DNA of 64,000 bases, from positions 11,872 through 75,871 of IMG/VR virus record IMGVR_UViG_3300042450_000799. The stretch is one strand, 5' to 3'. Source of the DNA: a virus. The position numbers and the translations under genes are program-made. Position 1 is the first letter of the stretch. Each line of letters starts with the position of its first letter. Positions 1 through 10,737 of this stretch are shown piece by piece. Under the pieces are notes generated by a model. The model was not told where the DNA came from and made no database searches. It saw only the letters and a list, made by a program, of their open reading frames with translations.

Positions 1-2068
1 TGTCTGAATTACAATCTGTATTAATTACGATCATATTATTTAAATAATCGATTAGTACTCCCCCAATACCACCATATGAAATCAAAATCTCTTTTACAAC
101 ATCATAAAATAAACTATCTAAAGGAAATTCGGTTAAAGTAGACCCAGTGTAGAAAGATTGAATTTGAGTATCTCCATTAACAGTTACTTCCGCGTAAAAT
201 ATTGTTTGATTTAATATACAATTGGTATCACCACTAGTTAAATCATAAAAACCTTCGGTTAACATTTGTTGAGGGCCTTTCCTAATAGTTTGACCTGTAT
301 TCATAAAATCACCATCACAAATATTATATGTCTGATATGATGATAATAGATTAAAACCATTAATAATTATATCTCTAGTTTGAACACACCCATTTGAATC
401 CGTAACTGTTAAGGTGTAAGTCCCCGCAGATAAAGTATTAACATTTAATCCCGTTTGACCATTAACATTTAAACTCCAATCTAAAATAAACGGTGGTTCT
501 CCATTTGTAATAAATGCACTTATAGTCCCATTACTTCCGTTAGTTGAGTCAGTTCCAGCTAAAACAAAATCAAGAGTACTCGAATTATCAATAGTAAACG
601 GTAATATTTGAACACATCCATTTGAATCCGTAACTGTTGCGGTATAATTACCCGAAGATAAGTTAGTGAAAGTATACGTTAAATCACTTGTAAAAACAAA
701 ATGACCATCAATTTCAAACTTAAATGGCCCAACCCCACCTTCTGTTATATTCAAAGTAACTGAACCATCGTTTGAATCACATGTTGTACCAATGGTATCG
801 ACCGATAATTCAAATAACGTTATATTATCAATTGTATATTCCTGAGTAAACACACAAGGCCCATTATCCGAAATTGTTAAAGTATAATCTCCAGATGATA
901 ACCCGTTAAACGTCCATGTTACAAAACTCCCCGAAACTGTTGTAGAGTTACTTAGGGAATCTATCAATGTATATGTATAGGGAGGTGATCCCCCAAAAAT
1001 TACAACACCAATTGATCCTGAAATATTATTACACACTGAATTTACAACATTAACTGAGGTTACAGAAAGACCCCCCGGTGTTAATAGTGTAACTGAGGCT
1101 ATAAAATTACATAACCCCGCGTCAGTTACTTGAACTGAGAATATACCAGCTGGCACTCCTGTGAAAGTATGTGTCGAAGAAAAACTAACCGCAACAGACC
1201 CATTGGAACCTGAATAATAATATGGTGAGGTTCCACCTGTTATTGTTATTGTTACTTCTCCATCTGATGAGAAACAAGATGGTGTAACAACAGTGAATGC
1301 CCCTAAACCAACATTAGGTACTGTCGTTACAGTTACCCCACTACTTTGTACACATCCAGAACCATCAGTTACCGCAATTGTGTATGGGCCTGCCGTTAAT
1401 CCCGTTATTGATTGTGTAGTTTGACCACCTGGTGACCATAAATAAGTATAAGGTGGTGTTCCCGTTAACCCTGTTATATGTATTGATCCCGAATTAACCG
1501 CACAACCCGCATCATTTACAACATATAACCCAATTTCAAGTGGAAGTGAGTCTTTGATGATACACGTTTCAGATTTACCCGTACACCCACCTCCATCATC
1601 AGCAACCACATAATATGTACCCGCAGATAAACCTCCAAAACTATAAGACGAAACAATACTAACTCCTGATGTAATATAACCTGAAGTCATTTCATATAAA
1701 CCAAAACTACCTGTTCCATATAAATTAGTTGTTGTGGCGGTTAAAGAACCATTGTCTAATCCGCATACGGTATTCGTTTGACTCGTAATACTAACACATG
1801 TTCCTGTTGATATATAGACATTAACTGGTAAGATAGTATTCGTTGGTGAGCAACTATCAATAATATTAAATGTATATGTTCCTCCTGATAACCCAGTGTT
1901 ACTATAATTTGTAACTCCTGAACCTAATGGGATTGTTGTTGTATAAGGACTAATCCATTGTATTGTATAATCAGGAGCGATCCCTAAAATATCAAGACTA
2001 AACGCCCCTGATGAATCATTCGAACAGTCTCCTGTTAGACTAATAGCATATGTTAAAGTACATGACAT
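1..2068 (-). CDS. SprB-repeat virion/adhesin protein (3' end runs off the window; not in ORF track)
   Basis: ATG at 2068 overlaps the TAA of the upstream gene (TAATG). Manual translation gives MSCTLTYAISLTGDCSND..., with repeated Cys-containing units such as GSIHITGLTGTPPYTYLWS...GLTAGPYTIAVTDGSGC, typical of SprB repeats. Confidence 0.8.
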   Translation of the reverse strand, partial: MSCTLTYAISLTGDCSNDSSGAFSLDILGIAPDYTIQWISPYTTTIPLGSGVTNYSNTGLSGGTYTFNIIDSCSPTNTILPVNVYISTGTCVSITSQTNTVCGLDNGSLTATTTNLYGTGSFGLYEMTSGYITSGVSIVSSYSFGGLSAGTYYVVADDGGGCTGKSETCIIKDSLPLEIGLYVVNDAGCAVNSGSIHITGLTGTPPYTYLWSPGGQTTQSITGLTAGPYTIAVTDGSGCVQSSGVTVTTVPNVGLGAFTVVTPSCFSSDGEVTITITGGTSPYYYSGSNGSVAVSFSSTHTFTGVPAGIFSVQVTDAGLCNFIASVTLLTPGGLSVTSVNVVNSVCNNISGSIGVVIFGGSPPYTYTLIDSLSNSTTVSGSFVTWTFNGLSSGDYTLTISDNGPCVFTQEYTIDNITLFELSVDTIGTTCDSNDGSVTLNITEGGVGPFKFEIDGHFVFTSDLTYTFTNLSSGNYTATVTDSNGCVQILPFTIDNSSTLDFVLAGTDSTNGSNGTISAFITNGEPPFILDWSLNVNGQTGLNVNTLSAGTYTLTVTDSNGCVQTRDIIINGFNLLSSYQTYNICDGDFMNTGQTIRKGPQQMLTEGFYDLTSGDTNCILNQTIFYAEVTVNGDTQIQSFYTGSTLTEFPLDSLFYDVVKEILISYGGIGGVLIDYLNNMIVINTDCNSD

Positions 2069-5000
2069 TAATTACATAATATATTAAAGTTTATTCCAAT
2101 ATTCAATTTAAAATTGATACCTTGTTCTGATACCGAACATACTTGATTAGATAACACCACAGTATCAGTTGTTGTTAAAAAATAATCATAACCATAAGTT
2201 TTTAAAGTCTCTAACCCAATTAAAAGAGCCGAATTCCACTCAGATATTGTTGGGACACTATAGACGGGACTATTGTATCCGATCCCATTAAAAAATGAAT
2301 AATCAACAATAATGACATCATCGATTCTCAAATCAACAAACCACTCACTTGTCATCCCATTGAAATCACAATCATTCAAATTATACCCATTATCCGCTAA
2401 ATAATTAGTTAATAATTGACCTAAAACCGCATTAAAATCTTGGATCACAGAGTTTTCCATCCAAGGATATATCGGACACTCAACTGTCTCTAATGGACAA
2501 TCATGTGAGAATAAGTTTGATGTGAGCGAACATGGTTTACAAGGAACTTTCATTAGTTGGCATCCCTCTTGTCTTCTCCAAACAAATTTTTGTCTATGAA
2601 AGATCGAATTCTCAAGTCGAACCCCCGTATTCCAAATTGTTGTTGCCGGAACCATTTGTTCCACTAATCGTATCCAATAATCCCCCAATCCATTAACATA
2701 TTCCATCATAGTTTTATATGTGAAATTATCATTTGGAACCCCAATAGTCTCATTTGATTGTAGATATCTCCAAAATATAGAATCTAAGGTTGGATACCCA
2801 CCAGTCTTACCATTAGAAGAGAATTGTCTATTTCTAACATTAATAGTATTTAACCAAAATGTTTGAGCAAACTCAAAGAAAGTTTTTCGACTTGGTTGTG
2901 GATTAATCTCAGTCCAATCTACGCCACCTCTACTCGGATAAGGACTATACGGTTTTGGATCACAAGGTGTTGGTGGAACGTAATTTAACCCCTCATCCGG
3001 TATTGGGTAATTATATTGCTGTGACATATACCATATATCGTAAGCAATCCCTTGTCCAGGATTTAAGAATAAATCAACATTCTTAACATTCAATACTAAT
3101 TTTTCATCCGACACATAATATCTAGCATTAAGATTGCCGTCAAGATTTCTTCTAATACCTATCTCATTATCAACCCAACTTTTATTGTTATCAATTGTTT
3201 CTCTTAACGTATACCCTAAATTCATAAATGGGAACTTACGATATCTATTCAAATATTCTTGACCATATGAATACGGTAATAATACTGTTTGATAATTCGG
3301 ATTATTACCCACAAATACACTATTAGTTAGGTCTACATTTTCTGGAGCCCTATGTTGTGGTGTTTGTTCAAACCATCCACTACCCATTTGAAAGAAATAA
3401 CTATCTGAGTTGATTGGTGTTGACGGATACCCATATTCATCCATAGGATATTCATCTATAGTTACATTAACATCTTGTATATCTCCCGTTGTTGTAAATC
3501 CAGTGTAAGTTTGACCAAAAATTGAATATATATCAGCAGTATCTAATACCGGTGTTTGTTGTACATAAGTACCTCCAGATATCTGAGAGAATTGTGTGTC
3601 AAATTGAGATATGTTAATTTTTTGATCAGCAAGATAAACATACTCATTAAAATCAATCAATGCTTCAGGAGCCCCAATTAACCTCATTAAAATTTCAATC
3701 GATTTTCTAGTTCCTTTAGATTTAAATAGATACGCAGAATTCAACACTAAATTTCTATAATATTGGTAATTCAACTCATCTGGTGTTTGTTCTTGAGATA
3801 ACCCAGGATAAACCGAAGCCTCATTATTTTTAGTCCCAAAGACTGATGTCAATAAATCTGTTTCTGATATTGGTGAAATATTAGTATTCCACCCAAGTGT
3901 TTGTGCAAGATTTTTAAGTAATTGTGATGGTATATCATTACCAACATTATAATTAACAGATGTCATATAAGATAATGCTGTTATGTATTTTTTAACATCA
4001 TCAAAACTTTTACCATAAATCTGTAACACTTTCTCAACTTTCTGATCTTGAGTGTCAAACTCTTTAAATGATCCCGTTGTTAAAAATCTCGAAACTAAAT
4101 TTGTTCTATATAAATCAAAAGATTCACTAAGATCACTTATTGAAATAATATACGTCTCAAAAGATTTTGTAATGATATCAATATTCCAAGTCCCATATAA
4201 TGGCCAAGTAATATTTTTATTCTGAATGTAATACGTCCCATCTTCAGATTCCTTCGGTATTTTAAATGTTGCCGTATATTTTGGTGTGACGTTTCTGTTT
4301 AATAGGAAGTTTTCAACTTCGTCTAAATTCTCATTAAACACCTTATTAACTTCCAAGTCATTTGGTCGTATAACCAAATCATCAGTAGTTACGGTCTGAC
4401 CTGAAAACGGATCCCCATAAACATACAATTTCAATGTCCCACTCGTTAAACTTGTTGTTGGAACGATTCCCGTTACTCCATACCCAACCCCATTATAATA
4501 AAGTGAGTATTTTGCATACTGAACTTTCATATCTCTTAATGGAGAGACTTGGATTTCCTTTAATTGTAAATTTCTAGTTGAGTTTACCGTAAAGTCAACG
4601 TCAAATGGATTACGTAATCTAGACAAATCTAACTCAAAACTAGTTTCATTATTTTTCTTATCATACGTAATATTATTAGCTGTAGGTCCCGTCACATAAT
4701 TAGGCCCCATATAAGTAACCTCTAACGCTCCCGGGAAATAACTAATTATTGTAGTAATTGACGCAGACATTCTTTTAACCATCGAACCATACAATGTAAA
4801 GTTAGTAACTTGAGTTAAATCGAAATTAGGGTATACTTTGAAATTGTTTTCAATAATCGCTTTAGATTGATCAAGACTCTCAATCCCTAACGAACTTAAA
4901 TTTATTGGTTCTGAAAATGTCCCAGTATTAAAAGTTCTATTTGTTTTCTCATTTGCCGATGTGGTAAATTCAAAATTCCCTTGCGTAAGACCTCCTCCCG

Positions 5001-5088
5001 ACACAAGTTGTAAACCAACTAAGTTATCTGAGAAAGTACCAGCACCAGTTACGGGTTGTGGTGGACAAGTGTATTTCTTAATCGCCAT
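2068..5088 (-). CDS. Virion structural protein, probable baseplate wedge (P2 gpI/T4 gp7-like region)
   Basis: 1006 aa. The segment LLKNLAQTLGW...YRNLVLNSAYLFKSKGTRKSIEILMRLIG resembles the gpI-type wedge motif; lies in the baseplate cluster. Confidence 0.6.
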   Translation of the reverse strand: MAIKKYTCPPQPVTGAGTFSDNLVGLQLVSGGGLTQGNFEFTTSANEKTNRTFNTGTFSEPINLSSLGIESLDQSKAIIENNFKVYPNFDLTQVTNFTLYGSMVKRMSASITTIISYFPGALEVTYMGPNYVTGPTANNITYDKKNNETSFELDLSRLRNPFDVDFTVNSTRNLQLKEIQVSPLRDMKVQYAKYSLYYNGVGYGVTGIVPTTSLTSGTLKLYVYGDPFSGQTVTTDDLVIRPNDLEVNKVFNENLDEVENFLLNRNVTPKYTATFKIPKESEDGTYYIQNKNITWPLYGTWNIDIITKSFETYIISISDLSESFDLYRTNLVSRFLTTGSFKEFDTQDQKVEKVLQIYGKSFDDVKKYITALSYMTSVNYNVGNDIPSQLLKNLAQTLGWNTNISPISETDLLTSVFGTKNNEASVYPGLSQEQTPDELNYQYYRNLVLNSAYLFKSKGTRKSIEILMRLIGAPEALIDFNEYVYLADQKINISQFDTQFSQISGGTYVQQTPVLDTADIYSIFGQTYTGFTTTGDIQDVNVTIDEYPMDEYGYPSTPINSDSYFFQMGSGWFEQTPQHRAPENVDLTNSVFVGNNPNYQTVLLPYSYGQEYLNRYRKFPFMNLGYTLRETIDNNKSWVDNEIGIRRNLDGNLNARYYVSDEKLVLNVKNVDLFLNPGQGIAYDIWYMSQQYNYPIPDEGLNYVPPTPCDPKPYSPYPSRGGVDWTEINPQPSRKTFFEFAQTFWLNTINVRNRQFSSNGKTGGYPTLDSIFWRYLQSNETIGVPNDNFTYKTMMEYVNGLGDYWIRLVEQMVPATTIWNTGVRLENSIFHRQKFVWRRQEGCQLMKVPCKPCSLTSNLFSHDCPLETVECPIYPWMENSVIQDFNAVLGQLLTNYLADNGYNLNDCDFNGMTSEWFVDLRIDDVIIVDYSFFNGIGYNSPVYSVPTISEWNSALLIGLETLKTYGYDYFLTTTDTVVLSNQVCSVSEQGINFKLNIGINFNILCN

Positions 5089-5996
5089 TATTGAACTATG
5101 TTTGTGAAGTTTTTACTAAAATCAATATTATTACCTCTATCTTGTCTAACCTCATATAATAATTCATTAAATTGATCTCTAATTTCGTATAAATTGTATT
5201 GTTTATAGATGTTATTTTGATTGTCGTATAAGGTATAAACACCATCATCAATAGATTTAGTTTGATTACCAAATAATGCAATAGCCAATGTTGAGAAATC
5301 ATGTTCCGCAATTTCAATATCCAAAGTGATTGGGTTGAAAAAAGTATTGGTTATTATAATATCCTGATCAGGTTGACCTATATAAGGAATTGCATTAGGT
5401 TTATTTGTCGGTGCCGAGGACGGTGACAATGTGCAAAACACTAAATTAGTATTATTATCAGTATATCGATATCTAATAGATTTCTGAGATGTATTTGTTA
5501 AATTTTGAACAACTGGCTCACAGAAAAATGAAGAGGTTATTAATCTAAAAAAGTTAGGTATTTTTGTTCCATCAGAATTTAAATATTCAATTCTAAACCC
5601 AATTAACCCCTGATTAATAAATTTATTTCTATATTGTGATGGTACTGAATTTAAATCAATAACAATACCTCTAACATTAGGTAATGCCGATAAAACCCCA
5701 CAATCTAACACTGTAGTTCTAATTTGAGCCGGTCTAATCAACAATGTATAAATTCCAATCTTATTGAATTGATCCGCAGGTAATTTCAAATTATATAACC
5801 CACCTAAAATTTCAACGCCAGGATTTCCTCCTGTACTCGCATTATTGAAGTATGGTCTTAGGATAGACGGAGCGTCTAACTTAGTTAAAACAAAATTATC
5901 AGTTTCGTCTCTCGATGGGGTGTAATTTAAGATTATCTCCACATCTTCGGGGGAGACATCGGCGGGTCTTATGGTTCCGTAAGTAGCAGTTGCCAA
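5088..5996 (-). CDS. Putative structural protein
   Basis: 302 aa, TTG start, stop overlaps the next start, within structural operon. Confidence 0.6.
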   Translation of the reverse strand: MATATYGTIRPADVSPEDVEIILNYTPSRDETDNFVLTKLDAPSILRPYFNNASTGGNPGVEILGGLYNLKLPADQFNKIGIYTLLIRPAQIRTTVLDCGVLSALPNVRGIVIDLNSVPSQYRNKFINQGLIGFRIEYLNSDGTKIPNFFRLITSSFFCEPVVQNLTNTSQKSIRYRYTDNNTNLVFCTLSPSSAPTNKPNAIPYIGQPDQDIIITNTFFNPITLDIEIAEHDFSTLAIALFGNQTKSIDDGVYTLYDNQNNIYKQYNLYEIRDQFNELLYEVRQDRGNNIDFSKNFTNIVQ

Positions 5997-6000
5997 ATTT

Positions 6001-6939
6001 TTATAGTATTAATTCATTTATTGTTATTGAACATTTAGTTCTTTTTTTAATGTTTTCTTCCCAAGGAATAAACTCCAAATTTTTAATTCCCCCAATAATT
6101 TCAGGTGATATATTATTTTTAAATCCTTCTATAATTGAATATTTATGGTCTAAATGAAACGCCCCGTCAACACCAGAATTATTTCTTTTTCCATAATTAG
6201 GTAATTGATTGATAGATTGTTGTCTTGTGAACCTCATAACATCATTTTTATATTTTTTATAATCATCTTTAATATTTAAGTATTTGTCATATGATATCCC
6301 TCTAAATCTTTTTACAGTACCAACCGAGTTTCCCTCACTCATATTTCTACGATAATCGGTTAATTGTAAATATTTGTCAATAAAAGATTTTGTTAATCCT
6401 AACTGACAACCAATTTCTTCAGTATTTTTATAATCATCCAAATACAACTTTTTAATTAAACTAATTTGTTCTTCAGATAAGTTAATTTTAACACCATTAC
6501 TACGACCTTTCCTTAATATATTTTTTTCTTTTAAAATTCTTTTAATTGGTGTAATACTGACATTAAAATCTATTGAAATTTTTTTTGCCGATAACCCTTC
6601 GTTATATTTTTTAATTATTGTATCAATATCGTCAACACTAAATTCTTTTTTAGTTTTATCTCTATCTTCAATCCAAACATTTTTTTCAATCAAAATAGTT
6701 TTAACATTTTTGCGACCAATATTTATCATCATACTCACCTCACTATAACTAACCCCATTTTTATATAATTTAACTACCTCGCTAACAACCTCATCACTAT
6801 ATATTTTTTTCATGTGAGTTGGAGAACAGTTATTACACTTCCAATTTTCTCGGATAGAACATTTTAACCTACTTTTAGTAGTGTAAGATTGTATTCCCCC
6901 ACAATTAAAACAAGTTTTAATATATTCTTTATTACTCAT
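6001..6939 (-). CDS. Free-standing HNH homing endonuclease with Zn-ribbon and repeated HTH-like domains
   Basis: N-terminal CxxC...CxxC; three helical HTH-like repeats; C-terminal HLDHKYS...NLEFIPWEENIKK HNH motif; Lys-rich; own TATTTAT motif upstream. Confidence 0.75.
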   Translation of the reverse strand: MSNKEYIKTCFNCGGIQSYTTKSRLKCSIRENWKCNNCSPTHMKKIYSDEVVSEVVKLYKNGVSYSEVSMMINIGRKNVKTILIEKNVWIEDRDKTKKEFSVDDIDTIIKKYNEGLSAKKISIDFNVSITPIKRILKEKNILRKGRSNGVKINLSEEQISLIKKLYLDDYKNTEEIGCQLGLTKSFIDKYLQLTDYRRNMSEGNSVGTVKRFRGISYDKYLNIKDDYKKYKNDVMRFTRQQSINQLPNYGKRNNSGVDGAFHLDHKYSIIEGFKNNISPEIIGGIKNLEFIPWEENIKKRTKCSITINELIL

Positions 6940-6956
6940 AACAATAAATATCCATT

Positions 6957-8144
6957 TTATATTTTTATAACATTGAAAAACTTAAACCCATACTTTTCAA
7001 GGTCACCAACATTATCAACTTCCCCTAATCTCTCAAGTCTCTCTAATGCCGAGTTTTTACCTCTCTCAATGAAGACGTTGGATTGTATTTCTGCTTCATC
7101 AATTACATTTAATAATACTTCATTTTTTGTTATTGCCGAACAAACCATCATGTCAGGGGTCATTCCAGAAGAATAAACCGTAAATACAGTGGTTCCATCG
7201 TTATAATCATAGTAGTTAATGTCATTAATTGTATAGGCGGTGTATAGGTTATCGATAGATGGCCCAAAAAATGTCCCAACATTACCCGAGGTACCTGTCA
7301 CCTGAATACCTATTTTATATTTCCCACCAAATAAACCAGGATTATATTTACTACCGTATTGAGTTAAGTCATTCATCGTTGAATTTGTATACCCCGTAAT
7401 TAGGAATGGAACTGTGGTGTAATTATAACTTGACTGATCATATACATCACAATTAGAATCCCCCGTAAATAAATAATCATACATAAATGATGTTCCTGTC
7501 CAATTCCCCCCCGCAGGTGTGAAATACGCAGTTCCATTAGGGTTAGTGGCAATAATATTCGTAAATGGTACCGTAACATCTTTTTTAACCACATTATAAC
7601 CCCACGGACTCATCCCAGACATTGTAATAGTATAGTTACCATTAGAGGCATAAGTGTGAGCATAATAATTAGGAGCTGTATAAGGAACTAATTCTAATGG
7701 TGAACCATCTCCCCAATCAATTTGGTAAGTCGCAAATGATAAATACTTTTTAAATTCAGACTCTGAAGTATTATAAAAATAATAGGTATAAGGTGAAAAT
7801 GTTGTTGCGGAAAATAAAAAATTAGTCATTGTTTCTTTTTGTATGACCATTCCATCAAACACGGAATAATATCCAATATCAATTGTGGTTTCAGTTAATA
7901 ATATAGGTATGGTTAATCCTGTTAATAAAGAATCCCCACTTGTACCACCACTCACAATTTGTGACATTCCCGAATACACCCGAGTATATCCAGTGTATTG
8001 ACTAGTTGTGGTAGTTGTCGTTATATCACAACAAGGATCCCCACTTAAATTAAATTGTGATGTACCAGCATCGTAAGATGCAAGAAATAAATCTCCATTA
8101 ATAACTTCCGGGGAAATTCGTATACTATAATATCTATCGTCCAT
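6957..8144 (-). CDS. PKD/Ig-like domain virion protein
   Basis: YQIDWGDGSP...HTYASNGNYTITMS is a PKD domain signature. Confidence 0.65.
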   Translation of the reverse strand: MDDRYYSIRISPEVINGDLFLASYDAGTSQFNLSGDPCCDITTTTTTSQYTGYTRVYSGMSQIVSGGTSGDSLLTGLTIPILLTETTIDIGYYSVFDGMVIQKETMTNFLFSATTFSPYTYYFYNTSESEFKKYLSFATYQIDWGDGSPLELVPYTAPNYYAHTYASNGNYTITMSGMSPWGYNVVKKDVTVPFTNIIATNPNGTAYFTPAGGNWTGTSFMYDYLFTGDSNCDVYDQSSYNYTTVPFLITGYTNSTMNDLTQYGSKYNPGLFGGKYKIGIQVTGTSGNVGTFFGPSIDNLYTAYTINDINYYDYNDGTTVFTVYSSGMTPDMMVCSAITKNEVLLNVIDEAEIQSNVFIERGKNSALERLERLGEVDNVGDLEKYGFKFFNVIKI

Positions 8145-8965
8145 TATGGGTTAATATATTCATACCATTTTATTGGTGAACCCGCACCTATACGGCTATT
8201 TAAATAATCAAATACTTGGTAAGTTTTTGTGGTATAATCTAAAACCACTTTATTATAAAAGTATCTACCACCATCAAATATGAATTTATCGGGTAAAATT
8301 CCTTGTGGTTCATTCATCATCTTAACGAAAACACCAAATCTGCCGTCAAAAAATTTAGCTGACATGTAGAATGTATCAATATTTAAATAAGTTATATCTT
8401 TCAACCAATAAATAAAAAACCCTTCTTTATCACCAACAAAATCCAGAGTATAAGACGGTTTTCTAATATCAACATTTGGTGTTAATGGTGATATACTCAC
8501 ATTTTCAGTCGCCCCTTGTTGTACAGGAATTATGATTGTAAAATAATTAGTTTGACTTTGGGAATCTTTTGTGTCGTAAAAATCAAGTTTAAAAAAAGAT
8601 TTGGTAAACGGTTTTTCATAAAAATAAACCTGTGTTGGTGAAAACCCAGATGGTACCGCATTTGGGAATAAATAACTATTAACCCAATCGGTTGATGTTG
8701 TAGACGCAATCACAGGAACACTAGAGTCATAAAAATGAAAATCATATTTAATTTCAGTTTTTTGATTTGGTTCATAAGATAAATGACTAAATCTTGATAC
8801 CTCATAATCTTTAGCAATACCAATAACATCCGTTAAAACATCTTCTTCATAAATCTCAATACTATCATCTCTACCATAGAAATCCCATTTAATTTCAATA
8901 GGTAAATCGATAGCTTTGTTTCCCGTTGGGATGGTAAATAAAAATTTGTTACTCACAATTATCAA
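8144..8965 (-). CDS. Putative structural protein
   Basis: 273 aa ORF overlapping both neighbours in the tail/baseplate operon. Confidence 0.55.
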   Translation of the reverse strand: MIIVSNKFLFTIPTGNKAIDLPIEIKWDFYGRDDSIEIYEEDVLTDVIGIAKDYEVSRFSHLSYEPNQKTEIKYDFHFYDSSVPVIASTTSTDWVNSYLFPNAVPSGFSPTQVYFYEKPFTKSFFKLDFYDTKDSQSQTNYFTIIIPVQQGATENVSISPLTPNVDIRKPSYTLDFVGDKEGFFIYWLKDITYLNIDTFYMSAKFFDGRFGVFVKMMNEPQGILPDKFIFDGGRYFYNKVVLDYTTKTYQVFDYLNSRIGAGSPIKWYEYINP

Positions 8966-10736
8966 TGGTTGGATCTGCGATTATGGTTTGTTCACTATAA
9001 TTAGTTCCTTCTGGTATTATTCTAAAAATAATATTACGAAAAGGGTAGTGAACACCGTTTAAAAAGGGGTAATTTACGCCAATACCACCACTATCAACAA
9101 ACCCATACGGATATAAATCTCTCCATATAAACGAATCTTTAGTTGTTGAGAAATGAGCATAATCCGGTATCCCAACAACATTTTTAATATCACCATCTTC
9201 AATATAATCTGAAAACACCCTTGTTGTTAACACATGATGTGGTTGATAATAATACCCAAGTTGATTCTCCACCGTAGTCCCAATTCTAAATGAAAAAGGA
9301 TTAAATCTTAATTTGTGAAATATGTTTGAGACAACCCTCTCTTTTTGGTCATAATCATTCCATTCACAATAATCACCATCAATAACATCCCCCTCTTTAA
9401 GGGATTCAATATATGTGAATGTTATTGGCCCTGATGCTGGGCCAAACCCTGTACTAATAGGGGTTGTATACGTATTAATTGGGAAATTACAATCGGAATT
9501 ACTTTGTCCATTCGACCACCAAGAACTAGGTTGACCTAATGGGTTTAAAGGTAAGTTAAATTCAAACCCTTGTTTTAATCCGTGATATCCTCCCAACCCA
9601 TCTGGTATACCAAACATCCATCCAAAATAACCTTTATATATAACGGTAAAGAATAATTCAGTTATTGGTCTTTTTTGGTTATCTCTAATCGGATTAACAC
9701 TAATATCTTTATTAAAAGATAATGTATAAGATTGAGACCCTTCTTTAATTGATACTCTAGCGATATGGTCAGGTGTTAATCCACTACTTTCATATTGTTT
9801 CTTTTGTCCAAAAACATTTTGCTCAAATCCAGCTTTAACTAAAATAGCATTTTCCGATTCTGTTAATAATTTATTTCTTCTAACATAATACGTTGAAATC
9901 GTATCCGCCTCATGGTCATTTAATATCACCCTTTTTGCCGTCCCTATTACACCATCATTAAAAACTCCAGGTAAGTATCCAACATCAATAATGTTAAAAA
10001 CATATTGTTCGCTACCAAAAGTATCAACCCCTAAAGAATCTATTTGAAATTTATCAATACCATTGTATAAAAAATTTAACTTAACAAATTCACCAACCGA
10101 CATTCCGTGTTTAACGGGACATCTAAATGAAATCGTATTCATACCATTATGGGTAGTATTCTCAATAATAAAAGGAATCCCATCGCCCACAACCCACGTC
10201 ATTGATGCGAACGTCTTTTTATCCGTTGCGGTCATAATTTTAGTATAATCATTTTCATACCCATAACTAACAAAGAAGTTCCAATTGTAACTTGACGCGC
10301 TTTGGGGTATAAATGTTAAATGTTCATTCGGTGATTGGGTATATCCCATAACATTATAATCTGTTCTAATAAAATCAAATTCATTATACTGGGGAAATCC
10401 TGACCACGACACATCGTTAGGGGGATTAGTACATTGGTCAATAGTCGCAGCAATCGAATTTATATAATATAAATTATTTTCAAATGGGGGGTAATTGGTA
10501 AATCCGGAATAAGAGTTTTGAAATAAAAGTGAAAATTTACACGTAGGTCTAATAACATCAGAATTTTGTCGTTCATCATTAAAAAGTCGTTCTAAATCAA
10601 CATCAATATTTCTATCAAACTCAACATTCTCTTTTACTGTCTGTATTAATGGTACGTTAAATAATAATGTTGTGTCCGGAGCGGATTTATAACGTAACGA
10701 ACCTAAAATTACCCTAATATCTTGTCTATTTCCCAT
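8949..10736 (-). CDS. Putative structural protein
   Basis: 595 aa aromatic- and beta-rich ORF in the tail/baseplate operon. Confidence 0.55.
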   Translation of the reverse strand: MGNRQDIRVILGSLRYKSAPDTTLLFNVPLIQTVKENVEFDRNIDVDLERLFNDERQNSDVIRPTCKFSLLFQNSYSGFTNYPPFENNLYYINSIAATIDQCTNPPNDVSWSGFPQYNEFDFIRTDYNVMGYTQSPNEHLTFIPQSASSYNWNFFVSYGYENDYTKIMTATDKKTFASMTWVVGDGIPFIIENTTHNGMNTISFRCPVKHGMSVGEFVKLNFLYNGIDKFQIDSLGVDTFGSEQYVFNIIDVGYLPGVFNDGVIGTAKRVILNDHEADTISTYYVRRNKLLTESENAILVKAGFEQNVFGQKKQYESSGLTPDHIARVSIKEGSQSYTLSFNKDISVNPIRDNQKRPITELFFTVIYKGYFGWMFGIPDGLGGYHGLKQGFEFNLPLNPLGQPSSWWSNGQSNSDCNFPINTYTTPISTGFGPASGPITFTYIESLKEGDVIDGDYCEWNDYDQKERVVSNIFHKLRFNPFSFRIGTTVENQLGYYYQPHHVLTTRVFSDYIEDGDIKNVVGIPDYAHFSTTKDSFIWRDLYPYGFVDSGGIGVNYPFLNGVHYPFRNIIFRIIPEGTNYSEQTIIADPTIDNCE

Positions 10737-10737
10737 A

